From assembly GCF_016433145.1 (NCBI RefSeq), contig NC_058131.1, forward strand, positions 696,779,087-696,842,971: a stretch of DNA of 63,885 nt, written 5' to 3'. A program made the translations under genes and the position numbers. Positions 50,421 to 61,163 of this stretch are shown piece after piece (position 1 is the first letter of the stretch; each line of letters opens with the position of its first letter). The stretch comes from Gracilinanus agilis (Eukaryota). The notes under the pieces are model-generated. The model searched no databases, was not told where the DNA came from, and saw only the letters and a program-made list of their open reading frames with translations.

Positions 50421-52047
50421 AGGACATTAGATAAATATAAAATATTCCAAGATGTGAAAAATCCCCAGTCATTTTCCTGGCCAGGTTCAAGGCTGTCCTT
50501 ATGGAAAGAATGATGTGTGAGCTAGAAAAACCTGACATATTAGATACTGAAGGATGATGGTGGGGATATTCTCATAGATACTAGAAATAAGACTAGGAGG
50601 AGACTTCAAGAAATAGGTGGCACCTACCTGTCTGAGGAATGACAAAGGGGAAAGCCCATCAGTTCATTGAATTCAAACCAATAAAAATCAGTATTTCTTT
50701 GCAAAACAGCATTTGCATATAAACTCAGCCTAAACTAGACCTCAGCTGCTTATGTATTTGAAAAGGGAAAGAGCAAAGAGACATATGTAGAAAAAAGGGA
50801 AATTAGTACCCACTGGAAACCCCTTTGCTTATATATCAAATAGAAGGCATGCAAAAACCCTGGGCTGTGAGGGTTCCCAGACCTTCTGAAATGATTTGAC
50901 TACAATGCCTGTCTGCTAAAGTGCACACATACAACTTGGCAGAGTATTGGAATGGTTTTACTTTGACCAAAAAGTCTTTTGAAAGATTCATTTCATACGG
51001 GGTGTGTAATTTCTCCGAGTCTGAATTTTTAGTACTAAATTTCATTTCTGGGAAATGGAATGCTCTCCTGGGAACGTGAAAACTTAGGTGCTTTCTGAAA
51101 TGCAGGATGTCCTTAGAAAACGGCGTTTTTTCTTTCAATTTCTGGTTTCATAAAAGGACAAAATCTCTCTGAAATTACAGCGGAACATGGAAAGTGATGG
51201 CAATTTTTTAATCTCCATAATTATGAATAAATTTTGAGTCAACCCTGACTTTCCTGTCACCCAGTTTTATTCTTTCAACCAAATAACAAAGAATTAGGGG
51301 GTTTAACTCTTTCTCTGCCACAAATTTCACTAAGTTCCCTTTCCATGTGGATACCTTTTTTTGAGGAATATTCCACCCCTCTTCCATTTATTCCTTCTTT
51401 TGAACATAACCACACATCACTCCTTCCTCCCCACCCCCTCCCACTTTCTTTTTGCTAACACACAAGGAGATAGCAGGAGGTTCTGCTAGCATTTTGCAGG
51501 CCAAGAGTACGGAATAGAGAAAAGCCCAATAAGACCAAGGTGAGGAGAGCCCGTGACTGTGCGTGGGGAGCTCTTAGGAGCTGCATTAGCGAGACCTAGG
51601 TTGCATTGACCTTCGGGCAGTGACCTGTGTTCCCAAGGACACTGAAGATCAGTGGCAGAAGGCAACACTGGTGCTGGCCAGTGGAAAATGATGGAATTTG
51701 AGATCGAACATCTATTTCTGGGCTTCCTTTATTTTGAAGTTAATTTGGTAATTTCAGAGAAAAGTAATGAATATCTTTAATTGGGAAAAATGTCTTTTCT
51801 ATTTTCTTTCAATGAAGGAAATGAAAGCAAAAAGACATTTTGTGACTTGCTCAAGGTGGCACTGAGAAGCAAGACAAGGATCAGGGATGGATTACAGCCA
51901 AATAGATGGAGGCCAGGAAAGGCTCCTCCCTTTCTTCTCAGGCTCATTTCATCTGATGGATTTAGGGGTGGATGGAATCGAAGAGATGTGATCATTTCAG
52001 GATTGTCAATTCACATATTCCTTCCTTTCCACAATCTTAGTCTAAAC

Positions 52048-52239
52048 CAGCGGTTCCCAACTTTTTTGGCCTACCACCCCCTTTCCGAAAAAATATTGCT
52101 TAGCTCCCTGGAAAGTAAATTTTTTTTTAAATTTTAATAGCAATGAATAGGAAAGATAAATGCACCTATGGCCATCACCATTCCCTGGATCACTGCAGCA
52201 CCCACCAGGGGGCGATGGCGCCCACTTTGGGAATCACCA
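52048..52239. mobile_element. hAT MITE, 192 bp, carrying a CTCF-like motif
   Basis: TIRs cagcggttcccaa / ttgggaatcacca; TSD GTCTAAAC / GTCTAAAT (52040-52047 / 52240-52247). Confidence 0.85.
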
Positions 52240-53026
52240 GTCTAAATAGAGCCTCAGTTCCACCCCCTTTCAGACCCACAAGTCTTTCTGCAATGTCCTC
52301 ATCAAAAGCTTGCTCAAAAACCTTTAATCTGAGGAGCATTCCCCACCACTCAAGGTAGAAAAATCTATTTTGGAAAAGAAAAATGATTAAAAGTTTTTGT
52401 TTCCCTAACATCAAACTGAAATTTACCTATTGGCCATTCTAGCTCAGTCTTCTGGAGGCAAGATTAAAAAAAAAATCTGTTTCTGTTTTTACATAACAAT
52501 TCTTCAGATATTTGAAAATGGCTATAATCTGCCTCTTCTTCCCCTGCCCTCAATGATTTATTTTTCTGTTCAGTCTAGAAATTCCAATTTCTTTCTGCCA
52601 ATCCTCCTGTTTCATAGATTGCTATTCCCTTATTATGGTCATGTCATCTCTTCAGTGCTCTATGGTTTATGAAAAAGCTTTTAAAAGATGGCAGTCCAAA
52701 TTGAACATAGCACTCCATATTAGGTCTGACTCAGGATTCTACTGGGATCTGAGATTTAAATCTGTACCACAAGGAATCGTAAAGGACATCAACTGGTATT
52801 TAAAGAAGTTAAGTGTCTTGTTCAGGGTCATGCATTTAGCAAATGTCCGAGGTGGGATATAAAGCCAAGTTCTTCCAGACTCCAACATCATTGACTTCTC
52901 CAGCATACCAGCATACCATTCTCAATCTGTCATCATTTCCCAAGGCCTGGGCATCACTCCTCTCTAAATGTAGCTTGCTCTTTGTGACTGCTGTATCACA
53001 CCCTTCATTCACTTTGAGCTTATAGT

Positions 53027-53068
<42 letters not shown>

Positions 53069-53100
53069 ACACACAGACACAGACACACATACACACACAC
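53027..53100 (+). repeat. Interrupted (CA)n microsatellite
   Basis: Direct read. Confidence 0.93.
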
Positions 53101-53435
53101 TTTCAAAACAAAAACTGAATTTTTTTTTCTTTTGGTTGTTTAGCCAGGCCTCCCACAAGCTGTCCTTGTGAAGCTAAATATTTAAGTTTCACACTAGGAT
53201 CTGTATTGGTGATTAATTTCTGTTATTTTTTCTTATGAAATAAGTCCTTCCATCATTTTAGGCTGTTGTGACCCTTTAGACTTCTTATTCTCTCATGTAG
53301 CTTGCCAAGTTCCTTCCCTGCATTTTGGGACAGTGACACGGCTGAAGAACATGCCTTCTAACTTCTTATATGAGCAATTGATCAAAAGGTTGAAGGAATC
53401 TCGAGATTCCACTTACCAAAAGACTACCTCGAGTT

Positions 53436-53784
53436 GCAGTGAGTGGTAGAGTGCCAGGCCTGGAGTCAGGAAGACTCATTTTCCTCAGTTCAAATCTGGC
53501 ATTTAAATGGCAAACCACTCTAGATGAAAACATGAATCCCTTTACTTTGCAATAAGGAAATGTTCAGTTATTTTTCAGTCATCAACCCCTCTTTGTCACC
53601 TCCTTTTTTGTTTTGTTTTGTTTTATTTTGTTTTGTTTTTGGCAAAGATACTAGAGTGGTTTGCCATTTCCTTCTCCAGCTCATTTTATGAATGTGGAAG
53701 CTGAGGCAAATAGGGTTAAAAGACTTGGCCAGGGTCACACAGCTAGTAAGTGTCTGAAGCCAGATTTGAGCTGAGGAAGATGAG
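53436..53784. mobile_element. Rearranged inverted pair of Mar1 segments
   Basis: A + strand head fragment (53436-53523) faces a - strand copy (~53565-53784) that contains a (TTTTG)n expansion. Shared stems of 19 and 26 bp. Confidence 0.75.
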
Positions 53785-56700
53785 ATGTAGTTTGGGGTCT
53801 TAGTGATTTTATCTCCTTAAATGATTGCCAGAAGTTAATATTCAGTAAAAGATTTCAAACTTGAGATTCAGCTTCCACTTGGTTTCTATCCATATCAGTC
53901 CAAAAAGCCTTGGGAAAGCAGGCAGAAAGCAAACCAGGCAGGAAGCAAATAGGCATCTGTTTAGTTCCTAATATGTGCCAAGCACTATGCTAAGCATTTA
54001 ACAGATATTACCTCATTTAATCTTCCCAATAGCCTTGAGAGGTAAGTGTTATTATCAGTAGCCCCATTTTACATCTGAGAAAACTAAAGGAAACAGAGGT
54101 TAAGGGATTCTCTTGGAGTCACACATTTGGTAAGTTTTTGAGGCCAAATAGGACTCCAGGACCAGAGTTCTGGGTGCTGTACCACCTAGAGACGGAATGA
54201 GAACGGAAGAGATATTCCCTATGTATGTCTTCTCCCTCGACTCCTTGCACTTGAATCAGGTGTCTCATTTCTCCTTTGCTCTTCATTTTACCCCTACTAG
54301 AGTTACTGAGGGCATCATTCTGTTTCAGTATTCTTTGCCAGCTGTAGATATTACAGAGCCTTAGTTTTCCTTACAAAATTCTCACATCCTCCTCATTGTT
54401 TAGAATTTCACTCCACTCTTCTGTCACCCAGGCAAGTCTGTTTGGTAACTGTATTTGTAGATTACTCTGCAGGGCAGCCATTTTGGTCTCCTAAGACACT
54501 TTACCCTTTTATTCCTCATTAAAATAAGTTGTTTGTCTTGTCAGAGATTTGCTATTAGCAGCCCTTTATCTCTTTTCCTCTGACTTTCCCTGCAGAATTA
54601 ATGACTTCCTTTACCGCATGTCTTTTCCCAGAAATCTTTGAAGTCTATTCCCAAATCTATCATTTAGGTCACACGATGTTTTGTTCTCTTCTCCTCTATC
54701 AAAAATTTCATTGACTCATTTATTCAACAAATCTTCATTAATCACCAACTGTGTACTAAAAGTTTTTCTTAGAGCTTGAAGAATCAAGAAGATTATTGAG
54801 ACTCAATACCTTGATACTGAGTCTAGATCTTTTGATGGGAATTGGAGGAGAGAGAGGAGGCACAAATGAACATGGTAATATGATGCTTTTCCTTTTATAG
54901 AAGCATACGCTTTGTCTACACTTCCTCACAAGGTGAAAGATGTTGGAGGGTCAAAAATTATTCCTTAGTAGTTGGAGGTAAAATGGAGAGACTCGACTTC
55001 CAAAATTATACAGTTACAATGATGCATTTTCAATTATCTCCTGCCAAAAAGAGCTGACAGGCAGGAGACGAGAGCACCCAGAACTGAAGGGTACCACTGC
55101 ACGACTGGAAATGTTTTTAAACCAAAGTCAACCTTGAAGAGAAAACGCGAAATTCCAGCAAAGCAAAATATTCTATATGGGACAAGAATAAACACATCCA
55201 AAGTCTGAGCATCAGTGGACACCTCCTGCTTGTTGCAAGGGCAGTAAGCTACAGTGGACTTCTTCAGCCCAGCAACTCTTAAAGCCAACAACATTGTTGG
55301 ATTTGAGGTTAATGGCTTTTGTTGCAACTCTAACTTTTGACTGGTAGGTCATTCAGAGTCATGTGACCATGGTCCTCTAGGTCAATGGGGCCAGATGACC
55401 AAATGCCTAATGATTCACAATCAGATGCCCCCATAGCCTAATTATGTATGTATGATAGGCCATGGATAAATGGCAGAGACACCTTCCCTAAACAAGAAAA
55501 ATAAATCTGTGTTGCATTTTAGACTGCTTTTCCAGACATGCCCAGATCCTATGAAAACTGTTCCTATGGCTTTGCTCCATAACCACATCTGTGGCGACTA
55601 ATGGAACATTCAGTACTAGCTTTGCAGTGAGGGACCCTGAGTGTGTTTCCTGGTTCTACTCTATCATCATTGTTCTCTGATCAAGTCACCTTCTCCTTTT
55701 AGATTTCTGGTCTCTAATCCCTAAAATTAAGAATTTAGTGGATATAACCTTCCAGACAAAATTGATCATGTGCATTGCGTACCATGAAGGACCCTTTGTG
55801 ACTATCTCACTCATCCTGCTTTAGTATTGTGCAGGTCTTCAAATCTGAGGTCTTCAAAAGTGACAAAGGTTCCATAGCTAGCAGGTGGCAGAGCCTAATC
55901 TGGGTCCCTTTCCATCAGATCACACTTTTATCAAGAGTCACTGGGGTTCAGATTTTAGGGATATCAGAATCAAGTCTACTCTAGCATGTTAATAATTAAT
56001 TGAACCTAGGGAATATGGCCAATCAGGAGAGAGGATGAGAAGAAAAATAATCAGCTGGAGTGGTGGAAATTATTTATTGTAAATAAGGAAATAATGTTGA
56101 CAAAGTTTGACATATCATGAAGAAATTTAAAATGTGAGCTTCAGGATTGGGAAGAAGAGGCAATAAATTATAAAATAACTCATTTTGCTTTGCCTTTAGA
56201 GTATGAGATTCCTCATTATGGCAAATGTTAGAGGTTATTGACCTTCATAATCATGTGCATGGGTATGTATGTACATATGTATGTATGTTTTTATGTATGC
56301 ATTCAATGATTTCTGGTTCTGTTGCTCCGTAGTTGTTATGAAGTAATATTTTTAAAAATAATATTTACCAAATATAGAGTCAATCAAATTTTTGGTAAAT
56401 AATTGTCAAATTCTTTATCAACTTGAGGGATTTTACAAATGTAATCCTAAGAGACATAAGGAGGGTTAGGGTTATCTACAGAAAAGAGTGAGTCTGTAGA
56501 AGACAATAATTTTACCCAAAAAAGGTCATGCCAAGTTTGACACAGGCTGCAAGTTTCATCCAGGAAGAGGTGGTAATGTGGGACTGTAATCCATGGGAGA
56601 ACTTTGAGAGGAAGATCTAGCTTTGAGAGTCACTTACATATAGATGATATTTGAGCCCATGGGTAAGTGATTAAATCATGAGGACAATATACAGAGAGAA

Positions 56701-57510
56701 TAGAGAACATTACCCAGAGCAATACACACATACATATGCAAATTGGAGAAAATACCAGAGGGAAGGGCCTTATATTAAGGGAGAAGAGGGAAAATTCTCC
56801 TGGAAGGTGGGATATTAGTTGGGACTTAGAGGAAGTCAGGAGGCTGAGTTGAGGAAGGAGAATCAAAAAAGTTTCAAAGAATCCAAACCAGGTAAAATAC
56901 CTTGGGGTATATTAAGAGAAGCCCAATTCCCAGGGTTAAGGAGCTGAGAGTCTGGCTCTTCTATTTCCTGGCCAGACCTCATCTGGAGGTTCTGAGTTCT
57001 GTTCTGAGTGCTGAAGTTGAAGAAAGCATCAGTTAAACTAGATGATGTGCAGAGGAAGGTGGACCTCTATCCTCTGCTTGAAGACATTCACTGGGAAGAA
57101 AAACACTAAATTCTTGAGGTAGGCCATGCCACTTTCGGCAGCTCTCCTAATGAGGAAGTATGTCAAGCTCTAACTCTCAATTTGTCACTGAAACCCCACA
57201 AGTGCTCCTGTTTCTGCCCTCTGCAGGACAAATAAAACCAGTCTAATCACTGATCAGTGTGACTGGCTTTTGAGTCCTTGATGGTATCTTTTATGGTCAA
57301 CATCCAAACTTTTTTTTTATTCATACTGATCACTCTAAATTCCTTCAAATATTCCACGTATAACATGGACTTAGGGTATCATTTGGGACACTTACATAGT
57401 CACTGAGGTCTATTGCTAATCTAAAAGTCAATAGATACCTCAATAACAGTGGAAGACTTTATTGAACTAATACTGAAAGGAAGACTATGTGACCAGCGAA
57501 TATGTTATGG

Positions 57511-58251
57511 TGTGAAAGAGAACTTAAACTCTCTTTGTCTATTTTAAGTTAATCACTGAAGAACCTGGAGTCCCCTCACCTTTCACACTTAGTCATTAAC
57601 AGTTAGTAAGAACCTTTTATTAGAAAAGGAAGTTCATACTCTAAAAGACCACAAGCACTGTTCCCCCTCCACCTAGACAAATTAGGAGTCCGTGATTGAT
57701 TCCTGAGATGTGAGGAGGAGAGCTGATGGGTAGAGAAAACTGCATATAAGTTGGAGCCTCTGGAACCCTGGTTAGTTCTGGTACGGTCTTATGCCTCCTG
57801 GACATGAGGTCCTTTTGTGGCTTTGGATTTTGGCTTCCTGATTCAGACTTTGGATTCTGGTGAAAATTTGACTTTCTGTGTTGGAGACTTGGGTTGAAGA
57901 GGGACACTTACTTGGGTGAGACTCTCGCCTCCTTGGTGTGAGAGACTGCCCTTTGTGGCTCAGCCTCTTTGGCATCAGTTTTTGGTTATTGAAACACCTC
58001 GCTGGAGACACTCTCATGGGCTGATGGGATTCACATTCATGATCTGGAGGCCCTCGGACCTGGACTTAGGGTATTTTTAGTTAGGTAATATTTTCTACCT
58101 CCTTCCTACATTTCCCTCTCTTACTATCACTATTTTGCTGTAATAAAGCTACTAAAGCTACTAACAGTCTAATGACACATTTAATTATTATAAACGGTGA
58201 CCACAATTTTTAAAAATTCTAATATTTGTCAAACGCAATTTAATTGTTACA
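57511..58251 (+). mobile_element. Solo LTR (ERV-type), related to 19793-20452
   Basis: TGTGAAAGAG...AATTGTTACA with a 4-bp TSD ATGG (57507-57510 / 58252-58255). TATA-like gcatataag near 57742; AATAAA at 58142. Confidence 0.82.
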
Positions 58252-60596
58252 ATGGACCTAGAGAAGAGGGAGAGAGGAAAGGCCTGGTGTCCACGCTGAT
58301 GACAAAATATTGATTTCTGAGTAGTGAGGCATCAAGAGAATGGAAGAAGAGAACAAGAGAAAGAGGAATCAGAGTTCAAATTATAGAAGTGGCACAAACT
58401 TGGAAAAATCTAAGGGAATATCCTTTCAATGTGATTGTTGCAGATGGGAAATGGAAAGCCTGGGAACTGAGGAGACTGAGGAGCTGAAGGGTAAAATTAC
58501 TTTACTTCAGGTAACAATGGTATGCACAGTGAAGTCTCCAAGTGGGCAGAAAGGTTCAGGGACAGGGAGTTTGACCATGAGTCACATAGAGGACAGGCTG
58601 GAAAAAGAAGGAAGAAATATAACCTGGAAACATGGAAGATGAACTAATGCAGACACAAGCACTAGAAACAGATGATAAATATGATAAAAGTAAACCTAAT
58701 GGGAGAGAAGGGGGGGTCACTGAGGTGTGATTTCAAAGAGCTAATCCTGAAGTACTAGTTAGGAATGATCAGGGTCTTCCCTTGCTTTCCCATACCCATT
58801 GTATTAGGGGTTAGTTCAGGACTGAGAGATGTGGAAAGAAGGACCACTGAATACTGAAGAGTACTGAAGGGTAGAGTTGCTGTATCCCCAGGAGTAGCCG
58901 TAAGTGTCAGAAGATGGCGAGTGTCTGGTAAATACATCAAGGAGAAATGCTCTCTAAGACAACAATCAATGTATAATGCTATGGGTTAGCCATCTTCTTG
59001 TAATGCCCTTTGTCCTCCAAGGATATGGGAGCTTCTTAGGAGCAGGGATTGATCAGATCTTCCCCTTCTATCTCCTGATGTACCTAACACGATGCTTCAT
59101 ATGAAGCGGATGTTCAATCAATGGGTGCTAAATGAAATGGAAAGACATGGACAAAGCAGCATAATGTATTAAACACCACTAGTTTGGCAGCTGCAGGACT
59201 TGGCTTTCCTTCTTACTAGCTGTGTGACCCAATTAAAGTCACTTGACCTTCTTAGGGCCAGTTTCCTTTTCTACAAAATGCAGGAGTTGGTCAAGTTGAG
59301 CACTTCCGTCCCTTCTAGTTCCAAATGCTCCAAGTTTACTAAGATGACTCCAATAGAACAGGCTGAATAGTCTCCATGATCTCCTTTCCCTCACCCAAAT
59401 TTAAACCCAAAGTTATTGAGGTGGAATCCCCTAGCTATGACTGGAGAAGGGTGAAGAGATCGTGGCATTCAAACAATTTTACCATCTGCTCCTATGAACA
59501 ATCAATTGTCTTAACTCAGCATTCAAAGATGTTTTCTGTTTTCCCTTTGGCAGGGGTAGATTTTTCCTTTCATTTACTTTAAGCTGAATTATTACACCAC
59601 TAGCATGAGATTTATCTTTAGCTCATTTTTTTCCTGTCTTGCAAATTTGTATGACTAGCAGCAAAGTTTGCCAATATATTCATTTTACAGGAAAGCATAC
59701 TTCACTGGGAAATTGTTAACAGAAGTAAAAAATATTGAAAACTGCAACTGCATTGACTCTGTTTGTGGAGGCCAGAGAGTTCTTCTTTCCTCCTTTTTCC
59801 TCTGGAAAGTACAAAATGACAGAAAAGGGAGATGAGTGCAAAGATTTTACTTCTCAGATAGCAGTGGAGGAGAGTTAGAAAAAAATAAGGAACTAAGCCC
59901 AAGGAGAGCTAGCTTTTAACTTTATAACTTCTTATTCAGATCTGAAAGGAAAGGAGAAAAAACGTTGAGATTTGGGAGATACAGATATGGCCCAGAGAGG
60001 ACTGTGGAGCTCCCAGGACATGGAGATGGAAGCAATAGCAGGTCCTGATTCTAGGAAAAGTTTTACAGACATGACCTGGAACATTAATACCAGAAGAAAC
60101 AATGCTTAATTCCTCCTCATAAGTGGAATAATATTTGAGCACGTTGTTGTCCCGATAAATAATTTCACACCTTTGGTATGGGGAAGACTTGGGCAATCCT
60201 TGGCCAGTAAAATACTAGTCTTCTGTTTGACCTGGGGTCAGGGTAGGTGGGTGTAATACAACTATGAGTCACACAGTATGTGAAAGAGGTAAACAGACTG
60301 GGAGTTAGAAGAAAAAATTATGGAAATAAGAAATGGTTCACTTAGACATAATGAAAAGTAACAATTAAGTAACTATTCAAATTATCCACATTAGAATGGG
60401 ATGTTTCAGAAGGTTGTGGATTCCCTTCATGGCAGTTATTTCAGAAAGGGGGTGACATGGCCACCTCTTGAGCAAATTGAAGAAGGAGATCTCTTTCAGG
60501 TATGAGCTGGCTCAGATGACTTCTTATTTCATTCATACAGTTCCTGGTAGTAATAGTGTAACCAATCTCTTCCTTCCTCCCTCCCTCCCTCCCTCC

Positions 60597-61163
60597 NNNN
60601 NNNNNNNNNNNNNNNNNNNNNNNNNNNNNNNNNNNNNNNNNNNNNNNNNNNNNNNNNNNNNNNNNNNNNNNNNNNNNNNNNNNNNNNNNNNNNNNNNNNN
60701 NNNNNNNNNNNNNNNNNNNNNNNNNNNNNNNNNNNNNNNNNNNNNNNNNNNNNNNNNNNNNNNNNNNNNNNNNNNNNNNNNNNNNNNNNNNNNNNNNNNN
60801 NNNNNNNNNNNNNNNNNNNNNNNNNNNNNNNNNNNNNNNNNNNNNNNNNNNNNNNNNNNNNNNNNNNNNNNNNNNNNNNNNNNNNNNNNNNNNNNNNNNN
60901 NNNNNNNNNNNNNNNNNNNNNNNNNNNNNNNNNNNNNNNNNNNNNNNNNNNNNNNNNNNNNNNNNNNNNNNNNNNNNNNNNNNNNNNNNNNNNNNNNNNN
61001 NNNNNNNNNNNNNNNNNNNNNNNNNNNNNNNNNNNNNNNNNNNNNNNNNNNNNNNNNNNNNNNNNNNNNNNNNNNNNNNNNNNNNNNNNNNNNNNNNNNN
61101 NNNNNNNNNNNNNNNNNNNNNNNNNNNNNNNNNNNNNNNNNNNNNNNNNNNNNNNNNNNNNNN
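60597..61163. other. Assembly gap (567 N), opening in a (CCCT)n tract
   Basis: N run preceded by ccttcctccctccctccctccctcc. Confidence 1.

Noticed and set aside
55034-55327. 97-aa minus-strand ORF in repeat-free DNA with a few CpGs
   Set aside because: No recognisable homology, non-ATG start and no convincing splice-site pair. It may be a non-coding element, but I cannot support that.
58911-58919. YY1 core AAGATGGCG (also ATGGCGGC at 6325 and AATGGCG near 24576)
   Set aside because: Short isolated motifs with no supporting context.
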